A stretch of 64,000 nt of DNA from an uncultured Alphaproteobacteria bacterium (GTDB lineage Bacteria; Pseudomonadota; Alphaproteobacteria; HIMB59). The stretch is from assembly GCA_902522155.1 (NCBI GenBank), contig CABYUJ010000006.1, positions 6,051 to 70,050 of the forward strand, read 5' to 3'. Position 1 is the first letter of the stretch, and every line of letters starts with the position of its first letter. Shown here one piece after another: positions 41,757 to 50,021 of this stretch. A program made the translations under genes and the position numbers. Under the pieces are notes generated by a model. The model was not told the DNA's origin. It ran no database searches and saw only the letters and a list, made by a program, of their open reading frames with translations.

Positions 41757-42321
41757 TAAACAGGTTATTATTGGCACAAAAAGCCAATCTAGGAGAAAAA
41801 TTTTTAAATTAATGAACCTAAAATTTCAGTATAGATCGCCCAACATAAATGAAAAAAAGGTAAAGGATTTAAATAATGATAAATATGATGCATTAAAAAT
41901 TGCAAAAGCTAAAGCTGAATATCTTTCTAAAAAATATAGTAATAAAATTATTGTAACTTTTGATACATCAATCTTATTTAAAAAAAAAACTATTTATAAA
42001 TGTGCCAGTCCCGAGTGCTGTAAAAGAACCCTTAAAGGATTTAATGATAAATCTCACGATCTTTACACAGCCATGATTTTTATGATAAATAACAATCTAA
42101 TTAAAAGTACTCTGACGAAAACAAAAGTAACTTTTAAAAATACTACAGTAAAAGATATCAATAATTACGTTGATAAGAATTTTAAACAAGTATCGAAGGC
42201 TGTAGGTTGTTATAACATAGAAGGAAAAGGAAATTTTTTCTTTAAAGATATATACGGCAGTTATTTCAATATTATTGGAATGGATGTTATTAATTTTTTA
42301 AAGACACTAAGAAGTATCTAA
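41728..42321 (+). CDS. maf: Maf-family nucleotide pyrophosphatase
   Basis: IIGTKSQSRR, AKAKA, D.....K, GCYNIEG, NIIGM. Confidence 0.85.
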   Translation: MDKSFNPQLTKQVIIGTKSQSRRKIFKLMNLKFQYRSPNINEKKVKDLNNDKYDALKIAKAKAEYLSKKYSNKIIVTFDTSILFKKKTIYKCASPECCKRTLKGFNDKSHDLYTAMIFMINNNLIKSTLTKTKVTFKNTTVKDINNYVDKNFKQVSKAVGCYNIEGKGNFFFKDIYGSYFNIIGMDVINFLKTLRSI

Positions 42322-43137
42322 ATGAATAAAAAAAAAATAGGCATTGTAGCAAAAAAACTAAACCATTCTTTATCCCCATTTATACATAATCATTGGACAA
42401 AAAAAAATAATAATAAATTTATTTATAAAAAATACGAGGTACAGGAAAAAAAAATAGATAAATTTTTCGATAATTATAGAAGAGATAAACAATTTGTTGG
42501 GTTTAATATTACTATTCCATATAAAGAAATTTTTATTAATTTTTGTGATAAAGTCACAACAAGAGCAAATAAAATCGGTTCTGTAAATTTAATTTACAAA
42601 AAAAATAAAACAATTTTTGGAGATAACACAGATGTTATTGGTTTCAGTAAGACTTTTAATTCCTTAAAAATTAAAAATACAAAGTCTGTATTATTAGTTG
42701 GTGCAGGGGGCGCCGCAAGAGCAATTTTATATTTTCTTAATAAAAAAAGTATTAAAAATATTGATATTTTTGCAACATCAATGAGAAGGGAAGAAAATCT
42801 TAAAAAAAAATTTAAATTTAATCGTTTCCTGATTAGATCAACTCACCTCAGGAAGAGATATGATTTGATTATCAACGCATCTAGTGCAGGGATGACCAAG
42901 AAAAATAAAATTAATAGAAATATTTTGAATTTAGTTAAGAAAGCAAAGGGTGTAATTGATATAGTTTATAATCCAATTGAAACAGATCTGTTAAAAAAAG
43001 CTAAAAAACATCACATAAAATACTCAGGTGGATTGAAGATGCTTGTAGAACAAGCAAAACCATCTTACGAAATATGGTCAGGTAATAAAATAGTAATAGA
43101 CAGAAAAATTTATCAAATGCTTATAAATAAAATATGA
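42322..43137 (+). CDS. aroE: Shikimate dehydrogenase
   Basis: HSLSP.IH, NITIPYK, NTD, GAGGAARA, GLKMLVEQA. Confidence 0.95.
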   Translation: MNKKKIGIVAKKLNHSLSPFIHNHWTKKNNNKFIYKKYEVQEKKIDKFFDNYRRDKQFVGFNITIPYKEIFINFCDKVTTRANKIGSVNLIYKKNKTIFGDNTDVIGFSKTFNSLKIKNTKSVLLVGAGGAARAILYFLNKKSIKNIDIFATSMRREENLKKKFKFNRFLIRSTHLRKRYDLIINASSAGMTKKNKINRNILNLVKKAKGVIDIVYNPIETDLLKKAKKHHIKYSGGLKMLVEQAKPSYEIWSGNKIVIDRKIYQMLINKI

Positions 43138-43691
43138 TTAAAGTTGCAGTTACAGGAAATATAGGATCAGGTAAAACTGAATTTATTAAATTTATCTCTA
43201 AGCTAGGTTTTTGTTGTATATCATCTGATGCTATAATTTCAAAATTATACAAAGACGACCGTACTAGAAAAATAATTTTAGAAAAATTAAAACTTAATGA
43301 TCATAATTATAAACAAGAAATAATTAAAATGTTACAGAATGAAGAGTTCAACAGGAAACTTAAGAGAACAATATATCCTCTTCTATACTCCAAAAAAAAA
43401 TTAGTAGCCCAGAAACATCAGTCTTATCAGCCAGTATTTTATGAAATTCCATTACTTTACGAAGAAAATTTGTTCAATAATTTTAATATCATTGTATTTG
43501 TAAACACGGATACTAAAAAGAGAAAACATAGGGTTTTAAACAGAGGTGTCTCCGAAAATTATTTTAAATTAATGAACAATAAGCAGATTAAAGAGAATAT
43601 AAAAAAGAATAAATCAACTTTTACAATAAACAATAATGGTTCAATCTTGAACTTACGTGTAAATATAATTAAATTATTAAATAAACTATGA
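43134..43691 (+). CDS. coaE: Dephospho-CoA kinase
   Basis: TGNIGSGKT, EIPLLYE. Confidence 0.92.
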   Translation: MIKVAVTGNIGSGKTEFIKFISKLGFCCISSDAIISKLYKDDRTRKIILEKLKLNDHNYKQEIIKMLQNEEFNRKLKRTIYPLLYSKKKLVAQKHQSYQPVFYEIPLLYEENLFNNFNIIVFVNTDTKKRKHRVLNRGVSENYFKLMNNKQIKENIKKNKSTFTINNNGSILNLRVNIIKLLNKL

Positions 43692-44368
43692 GAGAAATTA
43701 TACTTGATATTGAAACCACAGGCTTAGAATTTAAAGAGGGACATCGTATTATTGAAATTGGCTGTATTGAACTTAACAAAAAAGAAGTCGGGGCAAACTA
43801 TCATGAATATATAAATCCCTCTAAAACTCTCACTGAGGACAATATTAAAATACACGGTATAACTAATGAATATTTGACAGATAAGCCGATTTTTGAAGAA
43901 ATTGCAGACAGCTTCTTAGAATTTATTCAAGATAGTTTCATTGTCGCTCATAATGCATCTTTCGACATCGGTTTCTTAAACTTTGAACTTGAGAAACTAT
44001 CTAAACCAAAAATATCGAAGGAGAGAGTTGTAGATACAATTAAAATTGCGAGACAACGGTTTCCAGGGCAGCAAGTATCATTAGACGCACTTATAAAGAA
44101 ATTAAAGATCAACACTCTTATCAATAGAGACCAACACGGTGCGCTAAAAGACGCTAAAATTCTAACAGATGTATATTTGGAACTACAAGGCATAAACCAA
44201 ATTGGATTAGAACTAAGTATGGCAAAATCAGAAAAAATTAACTTAGCTAGTGAGCCGAATTACTCATCCATCGTACTAACAAAAGAAGAGACAGAAGCCC
44301 ATAAAGAGTTTATAAAAAACAAAATACCTAATTCAAATTGGGCTAGAGTGTTAAAAGATTATGAGTAG
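43688..44368 (+). CDS. dnaQ: DNA polymerase III epsilon
   Basis: DIETTG, HNASFD, HGALKDA. Confidence 0.95.
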   Translation: MREIILDIETTGLEFKEGHRIIEIGCIELNKKEVGANYHEYINPSKTLTEDNIKIHGITNEYLTDKPIFEEIADSFLEFIQDSFIVAHNASFDIGFLNFELEKLSKPKISKERVVDTIKIARQRFPGQQVSLDALIKKLKINTLINRDQHGALKDAKILTDVYLELQGINQIGLELSMAKSEKINLASEPNYSSIVLTKEETEAHKEFIKNKIPNSNWARVLKDYE

Positions 44369-44873
44369 TGAATTTATAGATATTGTGCTTTTTGGAGCAA
44401 TCGCAGTATTTTTAGTGTATCGATTAAGAAGTATACTTGGATCTTCTGATGGAAAAATTGTAAATATTAGAACAAAAAAAAACCCTCAATCGAAGTTTAA
44501 ACCTAAAATAGTTCCAAAAAATGACCATAATGAATTTTTAGAGGGTGCAAATAAAGCATATGAAATGATTGTTCAGGCTTATCAAAGTAACAGTATCGAA
44601 AAAGTCAAAGATTTACTTACACCTGAAGCAATGCAAGCGATGGAACAAGCAAAAGCACCCAAAGAAATAAAATTTTCAGAAGTAAAAAATAGTTCTATTT
44701 TAGATGACAAATCTGATGACCTAAGATTAGTTAAGTCTGTGAAGTTTGAAACCGAACATTACAATGTCGCAAATAATGAAATCTTAAATGTCATAGAAGA
44801 GTGGGGTTTTGAAAAAGATAAAAAATCCTCCGATCCTAATTGGAAGCTTTTTTCTATTAAACTTGTCTCATAA
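44361..44873 (+). CDS. Tim44/TimA-like protein
   Basis: YRLRSILG, FLEGA..AYEMIV.AY, W.FE...DPNWKL. Confidence 0.85.
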   Translation: MSSEFIDIVLFGAIAVFLVYRLRSILGSSDGKIVNIRTKKNPQSKFKPKIVPKNDHNEFLEGANKAYEMIVQAYQSNSIEKVKDLLTPEAMQAMEQAKAPKEIKFSEVKNSSILDDKSDDLRLVKSVKFETEHYNVANNEILNVIEEWGFEKDKKSSDPNWKLFSIKLVS

Positions 44874-45366
44874 AATAAAATTTAATTTATCTAATAAAAA
44901 AAATAAAAAATCATTAGAAGAACAGCCTAATGAAAAAATTTCTATCAAAATCGGAGACTATAAAGCCAGGAAAAGCTTGTTATCTAACAGACAATCCATT
45001 AAAAGAACTATTATAATAAATGAAAAAATAAATCCTGTTATTTATGATAATCAATTATTTAAACAATTTAGTCGTTCAAGTTTTAATAAAGTTGACTTAC
45101 ACGGTTTAACAGTAAATGAGGCACACGATAGATTAATTGAATATTTCAATCATAATTATAATATAGCCAAACTTCTTCATATAGTTATCACAGGGTTAGG
45201 TAACAAATCAAATCACAGTGAGTTTTTTACAGGCAAAATTAGAAAAGCCTTTCCTTTGTGGCTAGAAACAAAAAAATTTGAAAAATATGTCAAATCTTTT
45301 TCAGCTTGTAAATCTCGACATGGTGGATTAGGGGCTTTTTATGTAAAATTAAAACTTAAGGTTTGA
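44863..45366 (+). CDS. Smr domain protein (likely start TTG 44863)
   Basis: VDLHG, IVITG.G, HGGLGAFYV. Confidence 0.9.
   Translation: MSHKIKFNLSNKKNKKSLEEQPNEKISIKIGDYKARKSLLSNRQSIKRTIIINEKINPVIYDNQLFKQFSRSSFNKVDLHGLTVNEAHDRLIEYFNHNYNIAKLLHIVITGLGNKSNHSEFFTGKIRKAFPLWLETKKFEKYVKSFSACKSRHGGLGAFYVKLKLKV
45252..45366 (+). repeat. Direct repeat R1 copy 1 (3' end of smr)
   Basis: Matches 46372-46486 with 9 differences in about 115 nt. Confidence 0.95.
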
Positions 45367-45433
45367 AAAAATATAAAATTATTCTTATTGAAATTATTAT
45401 GGGAAATATTTAGTATTTTATTGGGATATAAAC

Positions 45434-45730
45434 ATGAATGATAGGCAAGAATTAATTAATAATTTACAAGAATTATTGGAGAATTGGACCAGAGAAATTG
45501 GATCTACAAGTGATATGGAGTCACAATATTATAATCTTTTGTTTAAATATAGGTCTAATGGTGGACCAAATAATATACCAGAACCCTCAGATAAAGATCT
45601 TGAAAACTGGACCAACATAGTAAGTTCTTTTACAAATGGTGATAGTGAAAATGCACCAAAAATAAAAAGCATAATTGAAAAAGTTGAAAGTAATTTAAAC
45701 GTAGATGATTTTACTTTGTTAACGAGATAA
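45434..45730 (+). CDS. Hypothetical protein
   Basis: 98-aa ORF with ATG; no recognisable motif. Confidence 0.65.
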   Translation: MNDRQELINNLQELLENWTREIGSTSDMESQYYNLLFKYRSNGGPNNIPEPSDKDLENWTNIVSSFTNGDSENAPKIKSIIEKVESNLNVDDFTLLTR

Positions 45731-45775
45731 TATTTTTTACATAAAAACTTTATTTTACATAATAAAGTAAGTTAA

Positions 45776-45804
45776 AATTTATATTACCACCTATATATCA
45801 ATAA
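45776..45804 (+). repeat. Direct repeat R2 copy 1 (29 bp)
   Basis: AATTTATATTACCACCTATATATCAATAA identical to 49988-50016. Confidence 0.95.
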
Positions 45805-45823
45805 CTGATTTACTAAATTAATA

Positions 45824-46114
45824 TTAATCCTCTTTAATCTCCCAGCTAACTTCATAACCACCTTTGCGATCAGTCCAAAAATCATCATAGCGTTCGTAAT
45901 CGTAAGTTCCGCCATTCATGAATTCGTAAAATTTATCAACTTCCTCATCAGAGGGCTTATCTCCTTTAGGGTTATCATTTAAGCTAGCTGTTTGATGAGA
46001 AATTATTTCTCTAAATCTTTCTAAACTTCCAAATTCATTTTTTATATCTTCATCAGGAATATTATAGCTCATTTCTGAGTTTACTTGATGATGTTCAGTT
46101 TTTAAAACCTTCAT
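45824..46114 (-). CDS. Small acidic hypothetical protein
   Basis: 96 aa, about one quarter Asp/Glu. Confidence 0.7.
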   Translation of the reverse strand: MKVLKTEHHQVNSEMSYNIPDEDIKNEFGSLERFREIISHQTASLNDNPKGDKPSDEEVDKFYEFMNGGTYDYERYDDFWTDRKGGYEVSWEIKED

Positions 46115-46371
46115 AAAGTTAAATATTATTTTTATTTTAACTTTATATCAAAAAAATTTTTTGTCTATTTACGATTTAGATAATGGACTTCCATTTCATT
46201 AATACTAAATTAATTGTTTAAGAGGAATACAATAAGCAAAGGTGGTAAATATTTGAGTAAAAAAGAAAGTGCAGGGATTTTAATCTATTAATTAGGACAA
46301 AATCCTTTTCATATTAATATTAATGGAGAGAAAATGAGAGAGGATTTATATCTTTTGGGACATTATGGAGG

Positions 46372-46486
46372 TCCTTTATGGTTAGAAACAAAAAAATTTG
46401 AAAAGTATGTCAAATCTTTTTCAGCCTGCAAATCTCAGCATGGTGGATTAGGAGCTTTTTATGTAAAATTAAAACTTAAGGTTTAA
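46372..46486 (+). repeat. Direct repeat R1 copy 2 (diverged smr 3' end)
   Basis: Encodes PLWLETKKFEKYVKSFSACKSQHGGLGAFYVKLKLKV*. Confidence 0.95.
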
Positions 46487-46519
46487 AAAAAAATATAGAA
46501 TAATTAAATATATTATTCA

Positions 46520-46876
46520 TTGATGAAAAAAATAATTTTAGTTTTTAACAACAAAAGTTTCGTTCGTAAACCTCAAACTGCTGCAGAAGTAGCATATATT
46601 AAATCATTTGGGGGAGAATATAAGGTCAACTCTGATGATATATATGAATTTTTAACGAGAAAATTTAAAGAATTCACAGGAGAGGATTTAAGAGAGTCTA
46701 TTGATGATCAAATTTATGAAGAAAAAAGTCGTGTTATATATTGTAGGTTAAATAAACTTGATGAATTCATAGACATGCTAAATGGGTTTGATAAAGATCA
46801 GTTATGTTGTCTAGATGAAGTAAGGTCTGAAGACTCTAAAAACACTTTATGGGTTAACAAATTCCAATACGAATAA
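46520..46876 (+). CDS. Hypothetical protein
   Basis: 118-aa ORF (ATG at 46523). Confidence 0.65.
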   Translation: MMKKIILVFNNKSFVRKPQTAAEVAYIKSFGGEYKVNSDDIYEFLTRKFKEFTGEDLRESIDDQIYEEKSRVIYCRLNKLDEFIDMLNGFDKDQLCCLDEVRSEDSKNTLWVNKFQYE

Positions 46877-46933
46877 AAGTAGCTGAGTCTATAAAAATTA
46901 AACAAAAATTATTGTTGTGATATTTGAATACAG

Positions 46934-46975
46934 ATATTAGACAAAACAAAATTGTGTTCTGGGCTATTATATAAA
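46934..46975 (+). promoter_or_regulatory. Shared upstream motif, copy A
   Basis: ATATTAGACAA-N13-TCTGGGCTATTATATAAA. Confidence 0.55.
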
Positions 46976-47012
46976 GATAAATTTTTACAACTTTAATAAG
47001 GAGATGTCATAG

Positions 47013-47342
47013 ATGATTAATAAAGACTTAGATTATGATTTTTTTGCAGATATTGAATTACAAGCAAAGAAAAAAAAAAAATATAACCCTAAAATAACCA
47101 ATTTTGATAAAAAAATTATTCTAAGAGAATTTGGATCCCATCTTTTCTCTAAGTTAACAGTCAGAGAAGAGAGGGTTTTGAGAATGCTGACAGGTACAGG
47201 TCTTAATAACTGCTACAACGTAAACGATATTGCACAACAATTAGACATTAGTGATTTTGAGGTTGTTATTCATTCCAATAACGCATTTAGAAAATTTGTT
47301 ATGAATTATTTCAAGTATCTTAAAGATGTCATTAAAAACTAG
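47013..47342 (+). CDS. Stand-alone sigma-70 region-4-like HTH protein
   Basis: [13 protein letters not shown].N....DIAQQ...AFRK colinear with RpoD region 4; AAGGAG RBS. Confidence 0.75.
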   Translation: [109 protein letters not shown]

Positions 47343-47368
47343 TTTTAATATGTCTAAGATTTTTGATT

Positions 47369-47410
47369 ATATTGGACAATAAGATTTTTAAATCTGTGCT
47401 AACATATAAA
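47369..47410 (+). promoter_or_regulatory. Shared upstream motif, copy B
   Basis: ATATTGGACAA-N13-TCTGTGCTAACATATAAA. Confidence 0.55.
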
Positions 47411-47439
47411 TAATTATTTTACAGGAAAAGAACAGAAAA

Positions 47440-48873
47440 ATGATCACAAAAGATAAAATAAACTTTGTATACGACCTTGAAACATCCGGGATAGGAAAAA
47501 AATATCCTGATAAACCATTTAATAATGTTGCTTGGGAGCAAATCTATCAATTTGGTTATATTATATCTGATGAAAATTTTAGTACCATATTAGGTAAAGG
47601 AAACCTTTTTGCTAGACCAAGAACATCTACTATTCCTCTAATAGGTGCCATCTTGACTACCAAAAAAACAATGTTTGAACTCTATCAATCAAATTTATCT
47701 CATTTTGAATTGATACAAAAAGTTTTTCAGATTATTTCTAAAGCACAAATTAGATATAATGTGAATTTCTTAGGACACAATATACTAAAATATGACGAAC
47801 ATGTTTTGTCTGCATGTTTACATAATTCAGGTTTTTTTCCATTTCTTACTAAGATGAATAATTCAACTAGAGGTGACTCTATAAAAATGATTTCATTAGC
47901 TACTTTGTTAGACCCAAGTGTCATAAATAAAGGTGTTAATGAAAAAGGTAATGACTCTTATGCTTTAGAGGCGCTTGCGAGAGCTAATAATATTGAAATG
48001 TCAAATGCTCATGATGCAGTTTGTGATGTGGAGTCGACAATCAGTTTACTAAAAAAAATTAATCATAAGAACCCAGATTTATACTCAAAAATTTTAAATA
48101 TCAATAATGTCGAGTATGTAAGTAATTTAATTAAAAACGAAAATTTTTTTTTAATGAAATTGGCGAATAACTCAAAATATTTTAAACCATTTTTGTTTTT
48201 AGGAATAGATGAGAATGATCCAAAAAGAGCATACAGTTATGATTTAAGTTCAGTATCTAATATTGACCAAATTAATGATATAGACAAAATAAAAACTTTT
48301 AAGATAGATAATAGTCCAATGATAGTAAGCTTCGATAAAAATTTCGAATTACAGTCCAGTATTCCAAGCAATGAGCTTGAATTCTTGAGTTTTAAAGCAA
48401 GATCAGAAATAGATTTAAATAAACTAATTGATCAAAAAAGAAGCTCATTTAGTAGTGATGATGTTGATGTGATAGATCCCGAAGAAAAACTATTTGAAAA
48501 CATAAACATCCCTCAAAATGATCTACAAAATGCAAATCTTGAAAAATTAATTTTAATTGCGAATAGCACGAAAAATCCAAATAGAGCTTTTTTGTTGAAG
48601 AAAATTGTTTTTGATGAAAATCCAAATCTTCTAAATAAAACAGACAGACAGGCAATCTATGAAATAATACGTGAGAGATTACTTACAGAGGGTTTCACAT
48701 ATTTTACAAATCTGAGAGAAGCAAAGGAAAATTTCATTTTTGAGAAAAGACATAGATTAAATGAAAATAACAAGGCAATATTTGAGAGTTATGAACACTA
48801 TCTAAAAAAACTTAGCTCTTATTTTAACCCTCCAAATATATCTGCCCTTGATAGATTTAATTTAACCAGTTAA
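47440..48873 (+). CDS. Exonuclease I (SbcB)-like DEDDh 3'-5' exonuclease
   Basis: YDLETSG, GHNILKYDE, LEALARANNIEMSNAHDAVCDV. Confidence 0.85.
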   Translation: MITKDKINFVYDLETSGIGKKYPDKPFNNVAWEQIYQFGYIISDENFSTILGKGNLFARPRTSTIPLIGAILTTKKTMFELYQSNLSHFELIQKVFQIISKAQIRYNVNFLGHNILKYDEHVLSACLHNSGFFPFLTKMNNSTRGDSIKMISLATLLDPSVINKGVNEKGNDSYALEALARANNIEMSNAHDAVCDVESTISLLKKINHKNPDLYSKILNINNVEYVSNLIKNENFFLMKLANNSKYFKPFLFLGIDENDPKRAYSYDLSSVSNIDQINDIDKIKTFKIDNSPMIVSFDKNFELQSSIPSNELEFLSFKARSEIDLNKLIDQKRSSFSSDDVDVIDPEEKLFENINIPQNDLQNANLEKLILIANSTKNPNRAFLLKKIVFDENPNLLNKTDRQAIYEIIRERLLTEGFTYFTNLREAKENFIFEKRHRLNENNKAIFESYEHYLKKLSSYFNPPNISALDRFNLTS

Positions 48874-49499
48874 TGAGAATGAATATAAACCCAAAAGATT
48901 ACAAATTTACTGACTTGTTCATAATTAATTCAAATAATGTTCGCGACTATTCAGTAAATAAAAAAAAAAAGACACGTAGTGAGCTAATCGAAAATAGTGG
49001 AAAAAAAATCTTAAATAAATTTGGCGTTTATTTTTTATCCGACATCAGAATTAAACAAAAAACTAATAAGAAATATCTTGATAATTTAATTTATATTGGA
49101 CAAGCGGGCGGTAATATCCAAAAAAACATGAAGTCAGGCGAAGACTTTTATGATCGAATACATAAACATTGGCTTAAATCTATCGGAGCAGATAAAAAAA
49201 ACAAATACAATCCCATTACGGGTATTTCTGTAAGTGTTAAATGGATTAAGTATCGAGAACAAAAGTGTGAATATATAAATTACAAAAAAAATTTTAATAT
49301 CTTAGACAGCCATAAATTTTACAGAGTTGCATTTATTCCAATGAGAGCAAAAACTATGGAGGATAAATCTAAAATAAAAATGTTAGAGTCTTTTGCCTTA
49401 TATAAATTTCATAAAATCCATGGTTATTATCCCATTTGTAATACTGAAAAGCCAAAGAGAGAACATATAAAATTCTTCCAAAGCTTTGAAAAATTGTAA
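48873..49499 (+). CDS. GIY-YIG-family nuclease
   Basis: GVY...YIG, DRIHKH (catalytic Arg), LES (metal-binding Glu), PICN (Asn); TAATG overlap with the exonuclease gene. Confidence 0.7.
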   Translation: MRMNINPKDYKFTDLFIINSNNVRDYSVNKKKKTRSELIENSGKKILNKFGVYFLSDIRIKQKTNKKYLDNLIYIGQAGGNIQKNMKSGEDFYDRIHKHWLKSIGADKKNKYNPITGISVSVKWIKYREQKCEYINYKKNFNILDSHKFYRVAFIPMRAKTMEDKSKIKMLESFALYKFHKIHGYYPICNTEKPKREHIKFFQSFEKL

Positions 49500-49518
49500 T
49501 TTTACTTTATGTTTATTT

Positions 49519-49986
49519 TTAATTTGTATGTTCTTGAACTTTAATTTTCAACTTTAAGATCTTTTCCTCAATTTTTTTTATAGCTTCAGAAATATCTTTT
49601 AATTCTGATTCAGTAATCTTTTCACCACCTGGACTTTTTACATCAATTGCCTTGATGCATCTCTCAACAATACGATTAGAATTGTGACTAAGCTGTCCTA
49701 AAATACCAGTCAAAGGGTCTTCAACTTTATGTTCACTTATTTCTTTTTCTAGCACATTTTCATAATAATTCATTAATGGAGTACCTTTATCTTGCCTTAT
49801 ACATTCAGCATCTATTTTCAGTGCAACATGAAAAGGTAGTCTTTGATTAGTATCAGCATCAGAACATTTTCTAATGTAACTAGAAGACATATCTGTTGCC
49901 TTTTCTATAGCATCATCTCCTAATTGCTCAATTACATAAGACAACGCCTCCTCTAAGCTCGAGTATTTTCTAATTTTATAAGCCAA
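49519..49986 (-). CDS. HTH protein resembling phage CII-like regulators
   Basis: N-terminal HTH (AIEKATDMSSSYIRKCSD), helical C-terminus with SPGGEKIT..E; AGGTGG RBS. Confidence 0.5.
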   Translation of the reverse strand: MAYKIRKYSSLEEALSYVIEQLGDDAIEKATDMSSSYIRKCSDADTNQRLPFHVALKIDAECIRQDKGTPLMNYYENVLEKEISEHKVEDPLTGILGQLSHNSNRIVERCIKAIDVKSPGGEKITESELKDISEAIKKIEEKILKLKIKVQEHTN

Positions 49987-49987
49987 T

Positions 49988-50016
49988 AATTTATATTACC
50001 ACCTATATATCAATAA
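49988..50016 (+). repeat. Direct repeat R2 copy 2 (29 bp)
   Basis: Identical to 45776-45804; fills the spacer between the hslU stop and the next start. Confidence 0.95.
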
Positions 50017-50021
50017 TTAAT

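Larger units (their letters stand above)
45367..50016. mobile_element. Variable genomic island between smr and hslU (no integrase seen)
   Basis: Hypothetical and nuclease genes, long spacers, two interleaved direct repeats. Confidence 0.65.

Noticed and set aside
45752-45777. dif-like ATTTTACATAA...GTAAGTTAAAA
   Set aside because: Arm spacing is 4 rather than 6 bp, with several mismatches. It is better explained as the hairpin 45747-45768 between convergent ORFs.
45367-50016. Prophage, IS element or CRISPR array
   Set aside because: No integrase, transposase, structural genes or regularly spaced repeats; each repeat occurs only twice
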